Assembly (NCBI GenBank): GCA_041548485.1
Contig: JBFESP010000002.1
Span: 10,632 to 74,631, forward strand
Length of the DNA: 64,000 nucleotides
DNA from: Thermoplasmata archaeon
Lineage (GTDB): Archaea; Thermoplasmatota; Thermoplasmata; UBA10834
Reading direction: 5' to 3'
The stretch's first letter is position 1. Every line of letters starts with the position of its first letter. Under the pieces are notes generated by a model. That model ran no database searches. It saw only the letters and a program-made list of their open reading frames with translations, and was not told the origin of the DNA. The translations under genes were made by a program, and so were the position numbers. Positions 38,568 to 48,199 of the stretch are shown here, one piece after another.

Positions 38568-39620
38568 ATGAAAAAAGACGTCGACGCGGTCGTCCTCATG
38601 AACGCCGTCGAGCCCAACCTGGATTGCAGCTTCTTCTATGCCACAGGGATTCCTAACGGGCTTTTTGAGGGCTGTTTGGCAATCATCCGACCTTCTGGGC
38701 TTGAAGTGCTCACCTCTGAATTAGAGGCCTTGAGCGCCCAGGAGGCAGGTGTGAAGACGCGAGTGTTCGAGAACGGCGACGAACGCATGAAACTGATGAA
38801 ACGCAGATTGTCACGCTTCAAGCGGATAGGAATCAACTCCAGGGAACTCACTCTGGCCAATCACAGGCTCATAAAGAGGGCCTGCGGGAAAGCGAGACTG
38901 GTGGACGTCTCCGAGGACCTGTTCGGGGCAAGGATGATCAAGCAACCGGATGAGGTCAGACGCATTTCCAGAGCGTGCAAAATAGCGTCCGAGGTGGGCA
39001 GATCCATCCCGACCTTCGTTTCGGAAGGTATGCTCGAAACTGAAGCAGCAGCCGAGATCAGTTACAGGATGATGCGTCTTGGGGCGGCGGGACCGGCCTT
39101 CACGACTGTGGCTGCATTCGGTGCCAAGAGCGCTGAACCGCATTACACACCTTCGAAGAGAAGGCTCAGGAAGGGGAATCTCGCGCTTTTCGATTTCGGA
39201 GCGTCTTTCGAGAGGTACGTCTCGGACATAACCCGGACTTTCGTGTGCGGGACACCTAGCAGGAGACAGAAGGAGATGCACGAGGTCGTCCTGAGAGCGC
39301 AAGAAGAGGCGTTGGACTTGATCGGGGACGGCGTCCATGGCGAAGATGTCGACGATGCAGCCAGGAATGTGATCGACGCCAGCAAGTTCAAGGGCTGCTT
39401 CGTACACAGCACAGGCCATGGCCTGGGCATATCGGTCCACGACCCCGGGTCGATATCCTCAGCCAGAGACATGGTCCTGCGCGAGGGCATGGTCCTCACA
39501 GTCGAACCTGGCGCGTACATCGCTGGCTTTGGCGGTGTCAGGATTGAAGACGACGTTCTTGTGACAAAGAACGGCTGCAAGCCGCTCACCGCATGCCCTA
39601 AGGGTCTCAGGCGCATCTAG
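38568..39620 (+). CDS. M24-family Xaa-Pro aminopeptidase / dipeptidase
   Basis: Creatinase-like N-domain plus pita-bread catalytic domain (HYTPSKRRLRKGNLALFDFGA, HSTGHGLGISVHD, VLTVEPG, RIEDDVLV metal-ligand motifs). Confidence 0.75.
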   Translation: MKKDVDAVVLMNAVEPNLDCSFFYATGIPNGLFEGCLAIIRPSGLEVLTSELEALSAQEAGVKTRVFENGDERMKLMKRRLSRFKRIGINSRELTLANHRLIKRACGKARLVDVSEDLFGARMIKQPDEVRRISRACKIASEVGRSIPTFVSEGMLETEAAAEISYRMMRLGAAGPAFTTVAAFGAKSAEPHYTPSKRRLRKGNLALFDFGASFERYVSDITRTFVCGTPSRRQKEMHEVVLRAQEEALDLIGDGVHGEDVDDAARNVIDASKFKGCFVHSTGHGLGISVHDPGSISSARDMVLREGMVLTVEPGAYIAGFGGVRIEDDVLVTKNGCKPLTACPKGLRRI

Positions 39621-40000
39621 ACGATCGACGGAAGGCTCAGATCGAGAAGGGCGTCCATGAGGGCATCGATCATGAATATCAGCGTCACACCTATCAGTGA
39701 TACGATCATTGATGCCAGCCAGTCATCTGAGACCGCCAGCTCCTCGACCAAGACGAATCTTACGACCACCACGAGGATGACGAAGGACAGTAGGAGCATC
39801 AAATCGGAGAAGACGTGTTCCCTGCTCATGTTGCTCACCGCAGTGACGACGAATACGAAGACGAGCGTGACGATCAACAACCGCAAGAAATGCTCAGGAC
39901 CTGCGGACCAGTCCTGAGCGACCACAGCTGCGCTGGCATAGAAGACGAGCAGGACGACCATCACCGCCACCAAGAGCAGCCCTAATTCTACCGCGTCCAT
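39617..40000 (-). CDS. small hydrophobic membrane protein
   Basis: Three or four predicted TM helices (LLLVAVMVVLLVF, LLIVTLVFVFVVTAV, LLLSFVILVVVV). The start is uncertain. Confidence 0.3.
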   Translation of the reverse strand: MDAVELGLLLVAVMVVLLVFYASAAVVAQDWSAGPEHFLRLLIVTLVFVFVVTAVSNMSREHVFSDLMLLLSFVILVVVVRFVLVEELAVSDDWLASMIVSLIGVTLIFMIDALMDALLDLSLPSIV

Positions 40001-40032
40001 AGCAGAACCGAATCTCGTCAGAGAACTTATCT

Positions 40033-40641
40033 CTATCCCTTTTTCTGCCTGCCTCTCGGGATTGCGATGATCTCTCGGACTTCCATGTTGAAGAACGAAT
40101 TCGCGTGCGCGGGCCTGACCACGCAGGCAGTATCGGCCCCTTCCCCGGTGCCTCCGATGACAGCAACCTCGAAATTGCCACACGGAATCGCCCCATTATC
40201 CGCTGCCATGACCGCCACCTCCACACACACCTTCAGTCCCTGCCCGAACAGCGATCTGAGCGCTTCGGATATCGCCTCGACCCGAGATGACCCGCCAAGC
40301 TTACGGGTCACTGATCGCTCCAAACCTGAGAGGGCGTGAGAAGACCTCACGACCCTGGCTCCTGACTGTGTGAGCCTCTCATAGGTCTTGTCATCCATAT
40401 CCACGACGCCCTCTCCGGAGAATCCTGCGTGGGAAGTGACGACCACAATCCGGACATCTGAGCCAGCGAATCTAGACAGAACCTTGAAGGCGGTCTCGCC
40501 GGAATTACTTGCCACGACGACGTGTCCTATTCCTGTTCGTCTCAAACATCGCCCCACAGCATCGAGAACCGCGTCCGTGTTCTCCTTGCCAGGCCGATCG
40601 AAATAGACTACCTCCGATACAGCCATGTCATCCCGGACCAT
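40033..40641 (-). CDS. pyruvate kinase C-terminal (alpha/beta) domain-like protein
   Basis: VVASNSGETAFKVLSRFAGSDVRIVVVT resembles the PK_C motif (T.SG.TA..VS.YRP...I.A.T). The ORF-track N-terminal extension (to 40968) is implausible, so the start is set at the MVRDDM Met. Confidence 0.4.
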   Translation of the reverse strand: MVRDDMAVSEVVYFDRPGKENTDAVLDAVGRCLRRTGIGHVVVASNSGETAFKVLSRFAGSDVRIVVVTSHAGFSGEGVVDMDDKTYERLTQSGARVVRSSHALSGLERSVTRKLGGSSRVEAISEALRSLFGQGLKVCVEVAVMAADNGAIPCGNFEVAVIGGTGEGADTACVVRPAHANSFFNMEVREIIAIPRGRQKKG

Positions 40642-40665
40642 AAAATGTGGTACCCCTAAATAAAA

Positions 40666-41739
40666 ATGTCGCCAGGAACGATTCGGCAAGACTCGGAAAG
40701 CATTATTTACGCTTATCAGGTTCAAGGGGACGTGGCGATCTTCTTCAACGAGGAGTTCTGTAATCACGTTCAGAGCCCGTTCCATCCGGAGTCTCCCGAG
40801 AGATTGAAGGGCATAGTCCAGAAGCTGAAGCACCACGGATTGTGGGAAGACGTAATCCGCTCGGAAGCGGGAAATGCAGAGCATCTCAAACTCATCCATG
40901 ATGAGGATTACGTGGACTTCATCCGCACGTGCGGCGAATGCAACATCACCATGGACACATCCGTCCACAGCGATACCTACGCTATTGCAGCCCTGTCAGC
41001 CGAATGTGCGATTGACGCGGTGGCACACTCGAAGAAGAAGGAAGAGCCGTCGTTCGCCTTGACGAGACCTCCAGGTCATCACGCGGGTGCGAACTATGGT
41101 ATGGGGTTCTGCTACTTCAACAACATAGCAGTAGCTGCCGCCCATCTGCTAGACCGGGGGGACAAGAGGATTGCGATTATCGATTCCGATGTACACCACG
41201 GAAACGGCACGGAACAGGTGTTCGCAGGGAGATCGGATGTGCTATACATCTCAATACATCAGACGGGCATCTTCCCGGGAACGGGGAGCGTTGACTTCCT
41301 TGGGAAGGGCGACGGAGAAGGGTTCACAATCAACTTGCCACTGGACTCGGGCTGCGGGGATTCGACATACGACCACTTCTACTCCGATATCGTCCTACCA
41401 GTCGTCCAGCAGTTCTCACCAGACGCAATCCTCGTCAGCTTAGGAGTCGATTGCCATTACAGGGATCCGCTCGCATCCATGAGCCTATCGTCTATAGGTC
41501 ACGTGAGAGGAGCGATGGAGCTGGTGCGCCTTTCTGAGTCTTGCGCGAAGAGGCTGACTTTCTTCCTTGAAGGTGGATACGACGTACCCGCTCTCTCGGA
41601 GGTGGTGACCGGCGTCGTCGGTGTCCTCAGGGGGGTGGACATCCCCCTGGAGTTCAGGGAAGTGCTGGACAACAGCTGCCTAGGACGCATCGCCATCGAA
41701 CGATGCAGGACGAATGCCTCCGAACACTGGGACCTATGA
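40666..41739 (+). CDS. histone deacetylase / acetoin utilisation (AcuC)-family deacetylase
   Basis: RPPGHHA, DSDVHHGNGTE, GGGY-type (FLEGGYD) motifs of class I/II arginase-fold deacetylases. Confidence 0.8.
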   Translation: MSPGTIRQDSESIIYAYQVQGDVAIFFNEEFCNHVQSPFHPESPERLKGIVQKLKHHGLWEDVIRSEAGNAEHLKLIHDEDYVDFIRTCGECNITMDTSVHSDTYAIAALSAECAIDAVAHSKKKEEPSFALTRPPGHHAGANYGMGFCYFNNIAVAAAHLLDRGDKRIAIIDSDVHHGNGTEQVFAGRSDVLYISIHQTGIFPGTGSVDFLGKGDGEGFTINLPLDSGCGDSTYDHFYSDIVLPVVQQFSPDAILVSLGVDCHYRDPLASMSLSSIGHVRGAMELVRLSESCAKRLTFFLEGGYDVPALSEVVTGVVGVLRGVDIPLEFREVLDNSCLGRIAIERCRTNASEHWDL

Positions 41740-42891
41740 GCTCGGTTTTCTCCTCCTAGCGTCCAGGCGTTTCTCGCGCTCCTTTCTGATGTTCTTCTCC
41801 ATCATGTCGAGAGCGGTATCCAGCGACCGGTACAGATCCCAATCACTGGCCTTTGAGTAGTACATCCCACTGTCGGTGGTCAGCCTAGCGCCGAGGCTGG
41901 ATTTGGTCTTAAGGCCGCCCTGATGGTAGGACGTCACGTGGACGGAGAAAACCTTCGGTGGCTCCATCTTGTCAATCCTCTTCATCGACCTGCCGATGAG
42001 ATCGTACATGATCTCGTAGACCTCGGGATCCTCCGCATCGAGGCCTGTGATCTGTACATAGACACCCTCCTGAGGCCTGAGGCTGATAATCTGCTCCATG
42101 ATGTCGGTATGCGATACAACGCCGACCAGTTTCATCTCATCAGCGACGAACAGTGTAGAGAGATTCTTCGAGAGCATAATGGAGACGACTCTGTCGAGAG
42201 TGTCGGTGGGAGACACGGAAACGGGGTGCGTGTTCATGACGCTGCCCACCCTCACATCCGCGGGCTCTCTGTCCCCCCTGACCTCGTTCGGTGGTTTCGA
42301 TGCTCTCGGAGACCAGACGACCTCCAATATCTCCGTCATCCCAATCGCTCCGATGAGCAGATTCTGATCTGCGACAACCGGAAGCGTCTTCTCATTCAAA
42401 CTCTTCATGAGAATCTGGGCATTCCTCACAGGTTCGTTCTCAGCGACCGTGACGGGAGCCGTGCTCATTATCGACCCCGCCGTTCTGCGTCTCAGCTCGT
42501 CCATTTTGGACATTACCCGAATGATGTCGGTCCGCGACAGGAATCCCACGAGCTTGTGGTTCCTCACCACCGGGGCTCCCCTCACACCAGTCGACATAAG
42601 CTCCTCAGCGGCGCTCACGATGGTCATGTCTTCTTCCAGCTTTGGGCAGGGGACCATTATGTGCTCGACCTTTGCGGTGAGAGGCAAGTTCCGCCTCGAC
42701 AACAGAGAGTAGTAGCTCACAAGCCCGAGCGGCTTTTCGTCCTCGATGACTGGAATCTCCCTGACGCGCTCCTTCTTCATTCTAGATATGACTTCGGATA
42801 CCGTCTCGCCCTTGCTAACGGTCACACGAGGCGTGCTCATGACATCCTTCACGAGAAGCTTGCTGATCTCAGTTGCCTTCAATTTGAACAC
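41734..42891 (-). CDS. CBS-domain protein (four CBS motifs) with a C-terminal HPF/RaiA (ribosome hibernation factor)-like domain
   Basis: Four CBS repeats (VKDVMSTPRVTV..., VEHIMVPCPKL..., AGSIMSTAPVTV..., VGSVMNTHPVSV...). The C-terminal about 90 aa (VFSVHVTSYHQGGLKTKSSLGARLTTDSGMYYSKASDWDLYRSLDTALDMMEKNIRKEREKRL) aligns by eye to YfiA/HPF (VHV..h...a.l.v.g....a.a...DmYaAID.l.dKLeRQLrKhKeK). Confidence 0.6.
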   Translation of the reverse strand: MFKLKATEISKLLVKDVMSTPRVTVSKGETVSEVISRMKKERVREIPVIEDEKPLGLVSYYSLLSRRNLPLTAKVEHIMVPCPKLEEDMTIVSAAEELMSTGVRGAPVVRNHKLVGFLSRTDIIRVMSKMDELRRRTAGSIMSTAPVTVAENEPVRNAQILMKSLNEKTLPVVADQNLLIGAIGMTEILEVVWSPRASKPPNEVRGDREPADVRVGSVMNTHPVSVSPTDTLDRVVSIMLSKNLSTLFVADEMKLVGVVSHTDIMEQIISLRPQEGVYVQITGLDAEDPEVYEIMYDLIGRSMKRIDKMEPPKVFSVHVTSYHQGGLKTKSSLGARLTTDSGMYYSKASDWDLYRSLDTALDMMEKNIRKEREKRLDARRRKPSS

Positions 42892-43174
42892 TTCCTAGCA
42901 ATACGAGGCGTGGAAAACACATCTGGGTTTCATGCCTAGTCATAGCAATCAGACTCCCCCATCTAAATACTTTCTGTGCTGCATCCATTGCTGATAATTT
43001 CGTCAATGATTTATAGCCTCGACCCAATCCGGTAGAACGAGGTCGCCGTATAGTCTCGTCACGGACGGGTTTAGGGCATGGGGGGCTGGGATTACGAACG
43101 ACAAGTCAGCGAGTGCAGGCAGGAGAGTTGGTCCAGGGGAGGACGATGGAGGGACATCCCCACAGGGACCTCCC

Positions 43175-44395
43175 CTTGAATTCCTGACGCTGGATGATTT
43201 TGACGTAAAAGGCAAGCGGGTCCTCCTGAGGGTGGACATCAACTCGCCTGTCGACGAGCGCACATTGAAGGTTGAGGACGGGTCGAAAATCGCTTCCGCC
43301 GTTCCGACGTTGAGGGAGCTGATTGACCGCGGAGCCAGGTTGGTGGTTCTTGCACATCAAGGACGACCAGGCGACTACGACTTCATAACGCTGAACGAAC
43401 ATGCTGACTGGCTGAGCAGGTACTCTGGTAAGAAGGTGAGGTATATCAACGACACATTCGGACCCCATGCGAAGAAGGCCATCGATTCCTTGGGGGAAGG
43501 AGAGTGCGTCCTACTGCAGAATGTAAGGAATTTCTCGGGGGAGCAGCTCAAACTCACGCCTGAGGAGCACGCGCAGTCTCCCATGGTGAAGGCCCTTGCC
43601 CCCAAGTTCGACCTGTTTGTGAATGATGCGTTCGCATCCGCTCACAGATCGCACGCGTCCCTCCTGGGGTTCACGACCGTTCTGCCTTCCGCCGTCGGGA
43701 GGCTGATGGAGAAAGAAGTGAGGGCCATGTTCGAAATCCTCCGAACCCCTTCAAGACCGGCCACGTTTGTGTTCGGCGGCACCAAGTTCGCGGACGCCCT
43801 TCCGGTCATAAGGAGGCTGGCTGAATCCGACCGTGTGGACCACGTGCTCATCGCAGGTCTGGCTGGCTACACCTGCCAGTGGATCATGGGTCACAGGATA
43901 GGCTCTGGTACGGAGAAACTCGCGCGCCGAGACGTCACGGATAAGATCAGAGAAGCCGCGAGGGTTCTAATAAACGACCATGGTGACAAGATCGCCTTGC
44001 CGGTCGACTGTGCCGTCGAGGAGGGCGGAAAACGAATTGAATATCCTCTCGATGACCTGCCGGAGGAGGCGGCGATACTCGATATTGGCTCTGTGACGAT
44101 TGAGAGGTTCAAGGCCGTTGTCGAGCTGTCGAAGACCGTGTTCCTGTCCGGCCCGCCAGGCGTATACGAGCGGGAGGGGTTCGCCACTGGCACACGCGAA
44201 CTGTTCGAAGCCATAGCTTCGTCGGGAGCATATTCCGTCATCGGAGGGGGGCATTCTGGTGCGGCGGCGCATCAGCTCGGCATGAGCGAGCGGTTCTCCT
44301 ACATCAGCACCGGAGGTGGGGCGATAGAACGCATGATACTCGGCAAGAGTATGCCAGTCATCGAAGCTCTGAAGGCCTCTGCGAATCGAGGTTAG
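43175..44395 (+). CDS. pgk: phosphoglycerate kinase
   Basis: LTLDDFDVKGKRVLLRVDINSPV N-terminal signature, plus later conserved motifs. The canonical N-terminus lies upstream of the ORF-track GTG (43232); the likely start is the TTG at 43175 (M/L-EFLTLDDFDV). Confidence 0.85.
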   Translation, partial: LEFLTLDDFDVKGKRVLLRVDINSPVDERTLKVEDGSKIASAVPTLRELIDRGARLVVLAHQGRPGDYDFITLNEHADWLSRYSGKKVRYINDTFGPHAKKAIDSLGEGECVLLQNVRNFSGEQLKLTPEEHAQSPMVKALAPKFDLFVNDAFASAHRSHASLLGFTTVLPSAVGRLMEKEVRAMFEILRTPSRPATFVFGGTKFADALPVIRRLAESDRVDHVLIAGLAGYTCQWIMGHRIGSGTEKLARRDVTDKIREAARVLINDHGDKIALPVDCAVEEGGKRIEYPLDDLPEEAAILDIGSVTIERFKAVVELSKTVFLSGPPGVYEREGFATGTRELFEAIASSGAYSVIGGGHSGAAAHQLGMSERFSYISTGGGAIERMILGKSMPVIEALKASANRG

Positions 44396-45030
44396 CTGTA
44401 CGGAAAGCTCTTCTTTCCGCCGCCTCCGAGGATGGTGCCTCCGAGAGACCTGGCCCTGACGAGCCCCCTCAACGGCACACTGTCAATTTCATTCAGGCTG
44501 CCCTTGTTGACCAGTACGAGTGTGAGGACGGGCACCCCACCGGCTTCCTTGATGTCGGTTATCGCTCCCTTGATCGTGGCACCAGTACTCAGCACGTCAT
44601 CCACGATGATGATCTTCTTGCCGTTGCCGACCGAGGCGTAGTTCGAGCTGAAGGCGCCCCCGCTCTGACTCTCCGCATGGGGCCTGTACACACCGAGGTC
44701 GATGCCGAGGACCTCGGACAGCTTCGCGGCAAACGGTATACCGTTTATGGACACACCGAGCACAACCTCCGCATCCTGGTCCTGCTTGCCAAGTTCTTCG
44801 AGGGCTATGTCGGCCATCAGCTCGGCCATCAATCCAATTCTGTATCCCGAGACCCCCACAGACCTCCATCCTATCTTCACGTCGGACGGTGGAAGGCCTT
44901 CCGGACCGTATTCCACGAGATAATTGACAGTGTCAATGGAAAGGTGCAGTTCATCCGCTACATCGCGGACGCTCAGGCCTTTCTTCCTTAGCATCTTGGC
45001 ATTTGCTGCCAGCTCTTTAACGTCTACCAT
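44392..45030 (-). CDS. GfcR-like regulator: N-terminal HTH fused to an orotate/PRPP phosphoribosyltransferase-like domain
   Basis: HTH (LSVRDVADELHLSIDTVNYLV) followed by the PRTase fold (KKIIIVDDVLSTGATIKGAI PRPP-binding motif). Confidence 0.7.
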   Translation of the reverse strand: MVDVKELAANAKMLRKKGLSVRDVADELHLSIDTVNYLVEYGPEGLPPSDVKIGWRSVGVSGYRIGLMAELMADIALEELGKQDQDAEVVLGVSINGIPFAAKLSEVLGIDLGVYRPHAESQSGGAFSSNYASVGNGKKIIIVDDVLSTGATIKGAITDIKEAGGVPVLTLVLVNKGSLNEIDSVPLRGLVRARSLGGTILGGGGKKSFPYS

Positions 45031-45066
45031 CTTGCCACCGGATTCAAAGAGTACGATGTTACGATA

Positions 45067-45990
45067 TTAACCTTTCTCTGCGGGGCGCGACTCCAGGCTC
45101 TCCACCATCGCAACAAGGGCCCGATTCAACGGTGTGGCCACTCCGACCCCAGCACCTATCTGGCATATGTGTCCGTTTATACTCGATATCTCGGTCTTGC
45201 GACCGAGTTCGACATCCCTCAGCATGCTCGACCGATTGTGCGCGGTCTCCTGCGCCACGGCCCTTGCACGCCTGTAAACGGATGTCTCGGGCAGAACGAT
45301 CCCCGCCGCACTCGCCACAGATTCACACTCGAGACATATCTCAGACATGAGCCTGGAGGTCGTCCTGCTTTCGAGCAATGCCCCGTTCGCCACCCGCAGC
45401 ACCGCGGTGAGGGGATTGATGGATGCGTTCACGATCGCCTTTGCCCATATCTCACCATTCATCTCCATCGTAACGGACGATGGTATACCGGCCTTTCTGA
45501 AGACGGATGAGATGTAGGCCGCGGACTCCTTGTCGATGTCGGCGCCGATGATTGTTCTGCCAATTCCCGCAATCTGAACGATTCCAGGGGACGCGAGAGA
45601 TGCACCCATAGTCGTGGTGCCACCGAAGGCAGACTGCCCGAACCACTCGCGAAGCGTCTCGATGTTGCCTAGCCCGTTCTGAAGCGTCAACACCTTGGTG
45701 TTGGCATTCACCCAATGTCTGCAAACTTCTGCTACCGCTCTCGTGTTGTACGACTTCGTCGTTATCAGCATCAAGTCGGGAGGGTCAAGCCCATCAATGC
45801 TCTGGTACGCCTCGGCATCTACCTTCTTCCTGACGACGCCTCGGAGCTCCAACCCGCTCTTCCGGATGGCTTCGACATTCGCGGCTCGTCCGATTAGAAC
45901 CACTTCATGCTGCTCGGCAAGCATGCCGCCGAAGGCACTTCCGAGAGACCCCGCCCCGTAAACGCAGATTCTCATCTGACCTTGAACCAC
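45067..45990 (-). CDS. panE: 2-dehydropantoate 2-reductase (ketopantoate reductase)
   Basis: MRICVYGAGSLGSAFGGMLA Rossmann, ITTKSY, NGLGN, ApbA_C domain (KAIVNASINPLTAVL...SMLRDVELGRKTEI). Confidence 0.75.
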   Translation of the reverse strand: MVQGQMRICVYGAGSLGSAFGGMLAEQHEVVLIGRAANVEAIRKSGLELRGVVRKKVDAEAYQSIDGLDPPDLMLITTKSYNTRAVAEVCRHWVNANTKVLTLQNGLGNIETLREWFGQSAFGGTTTMGASLASPGIVQIAGIGRTIIGADIDKESAAYISSVFRKAGIPSSVTMEMNGEIWAKAIVNASINPLTAVLRVANGALLESRTTSRLMSEICLECESVASAAGIVLPETSVYRRARAVAQETAHNRSSMLRDVELGRKTEISSINGHICQIGAGVGVATPLNRALVAMVESLESRPAEKG

Positions 45991-46175
45991 TATATTATCT
46001 GCCTATTTGTTGCTTACCGAGCGACGGGCACGATTGGCGGAGCTTAGGAGGTCTGAGAGACCTAGTCGAAGTCTCCCTCCACACGTCGGAAGCCGTGCCT
46101 GTGACTATCTCTCCATTGCCGGAAAGCAGTGGGGATGAAAGAATTAAGAACACGCAGAGACAAGTACGACCCGAG

Positions 46176-47195
46176 ATGTCCGAAGGCCCCCTGACCACAT
46201 ATTGGAGCATTCTAGATGGCACTTCAGAACCCAGGTACCTCGAATCGAAGCGCAAGTCTACGGATGTCGACCTAGATGCTGACACAGAAACCCTCTGGAC
46301 AGCCCACGAACGAGCAGTAAGGTACTCCGGGAGGAGTGACGGACCATCACTCCTTGACCTTAAGATCGAGCTGGCGGGCCGAATGCTCAGAGGGTGCTCC
46401 ATGTGTGAGAGGGCATGTGGAGTGAACAGGATTGAAGGAGAGGTCGGTCATTGCGGAGTGTCGGACACACGGATATCAAGCGAGTTCTTGCACATGGGTG
46501 AGGAGCCGGACCTTGTACCATCTCACACGATATTTCTCTCCGGGTGTACTTTCGACTGCGTCTTCTGTCAGAACTGGGACATATCCACGCGACCTGATTC
46601 AGGTGAGGCGGGCGAACCGGTCGCCCTCGCCGGGGTGATTGCGCGAAAGGCCTCTCGGGCCGAGGCGTTGACGGGCGGAATGTGGCGGGCTCCGGCGAGG
46701 AATGTCAACTGGGTGGGTGGCGACCCCACCTCTCACATATGCTTCATCCTCGAAACGCTCAGAGAGTGCAGCGCACGAACCCCTCAGATATGGAATTCCA
46801 ACATGTACCTGACCGCGCCAGCGCTGAGACTACTCGAGGGCGTCATCGACTTGTATCTCACCGATTTCAAGTACGGCAACGACGATTGCGCCAAACGCCT
46901 GTCGAATGTGGAGAATTACACAGACGTCGTCAGGCGGAATCACAAGGCCGCGAGGTCGAATGCGGAGATGGTTGTCAGGCATCTCGTGCTACCCAACCAC
47001 ATCGACTGCTGCACCAAGCCAGTACTCAGCTGGATTGCTGACAACCTGAGCGGAGTCAGGGTGAACGTCATGGCGCAGTACAGGCCCGCACACAGGGCGC
47101 GCGAGCACCAGGATATTTCCCGGCCCCTAAGGTCTTCGGAGTACAGGGAGGCAGCAACCTTCGCTGGTGATTTGGGCTTGGACTTATGTGGCTGA
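46176..47195 (+). CDS. radical SAM protein, PflA-like activating-enzyme family
   Basis: N-terminal CSMCERAC Cys motif followed by GCTFDCVFCQNWDIS (CxxxCxxC radical SAM cluster, CQN-type as in PflA/AmmeMemoRadiSam proteins). Start uncertain (46095-46176). Confidence 0.65.
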   Translation: MSEGPLTTYWSILDGTSEPRYLESKRKSTDVDLDADTETLWTAHERAVRYSGRSDGPSLLDLKIELAGRMLRGCSMCERACGVNRIEGEVGHCGVSDTRISSEFLHMGEEPDLVPSHTIFLSGCTFDCVFCQNWDISTRPDSGEAGEPVALAGVIARKASRAEALTGGMWRAPARNVNWVGGDPTSHICFILETLRECSARTPQIWNSNMYLTAPALRLLEGVIDLYLTDFKYGNDDCAKRLSNVENYTDVVRRNHKAARSNAEMVVRHLVLPNHIDCCTKPVLSWIADNLSGVRVNVMAQYRPAHRAREHQDISRPLRSSEYREAATFAGDLGLDLCG

Positions 47196-47251
47196 CGGCC
47201 GGAGGCCAACACCCTCGAATGGATTAAGTACGGCGACTCTAATCATTCCAC

Positions 47252-48145
47252 GTGGATTCGTCAGAGGCAATAAGTATCATCGCGTTTCTAGGAGCCGCAG
47301 CGACTCTTGGGTGCGCTTCACTCCTGGACATCCGAACAAGACGAGTGCCTAACCGGTTTTGGATCTTCCTTTCCCTGCTCGGGATTATCCTCATCTTGCT
47401 GAGAATCATGGTGGACGAAGAGCGTGCGGAGTTTGCGCTCATCCTCGTGCCAATCGTCGCAGTCCTGTCAGATGTGTACCTTGACACCGAAGGGGACTCG
47501 ATGTTGGCCAGGAGCGCTCCTGTCATGAAGTACGCCACGGCACTAGTCGCCGTGGTAGCTCTGGGGGTTTTGTGGGCAGATGACAGCTACTTCCAGTCCC
47601 TTCTCGCAGTGCCAATAATGATGATGGTGTTTGTGGCATTGTACGCGTTGGACATCATCAAGGGCGGAGCGGACGCGAAGGCGTTGATCGCACTGGCCGT
47701 CGTCTTTCCATTCGTCCCGGCCATAGGCAATCTTCCTCTCGTCGTTCCACTAGATTCGACTGCAAGCGTGCTGTTTCCGTTTGCATTCGCGGTGTTGATA
47801 GATGCGGCAATCCTCGTCCTATTCCTACCACTCGGATTCCTTGTCCGCAACCTGGCATCCCGTGATATCAAGCTCCCCCAGATGCTACTCGGCTACATGA
47901 TCGATTCAGGCACGGATGCGCCTGGGTTCATCTGGCTCATGGAGCGTGTCGAAGACGGGAGGCACAGGATATATACCCGCCCTGCAGGAGATGAGGATGC
48001 ATCAGAGGAGCTGAAGAAGTTGAGGGAACATGGCAGACCGAAGGTGTGGGTCACTCCAAAGATACCATTCATAGTGCCCATATTCGCCGGACTCATCATA
48101 GCGACCATCGCCGGCAACCTCCTGTTCCTACTGTTCGGATTCTGA
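47252..48145 (+). CDS. flaK: A24-family archaeal prepilin/preflagellin peptidase (FlaK-like)
   Basis: SLLDIRTRRVPNRFWIFL (first catalytic Asp motif), IKGGADAKALIALAVVFP (second Asp, GGADxK), C-terminal PKVWVTPKIPFIVPIFAGL. Multiple TM helices. Aligns closely to methanogen FlaK. Confidence 0.8.
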   Translation: MDSSEAISIIAFLGAAATLGCASLLDIRTRRVPNRFWIFLSLLGIILILLRIMVDEERAEFALILVPIVAVLSDVYLDTEGDSMLARSAPVMKYATALVAVVALGVLWADDSYFQSLLAVPIMMMVFVALYALDIIKGGADAKALIALAVVFPFVPAIGNLPLVVPLDSTASVLFPFAFAVLIDAAILVLFLPLGFLVRNLASRDIKLPQMLLGYMIDSGTDAPGFIWLMERVEDGRHRIYTRPAGDEDASEELKKLREHGRPKVWVTPKIPFIVPIFAGLIIATIAGNLLFLLFGF

Positions 48146-48199
48146 AGAATGCCAATCAGAAGATGTCACAGGACTGATCGGCAGATCGTGCGTGCCCCC

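Noticed and set aside
40642-40968. ORF-track N-terminal extension (109 aa) of the PK_C-like gene, running antisense into the HDAC gene start
   Set aside because: The extension overlaps the divergent HDAC gene's 5' region and has no homology. A start at the MVRDDM Met leaves a sensible 25-bp divergent spacer.
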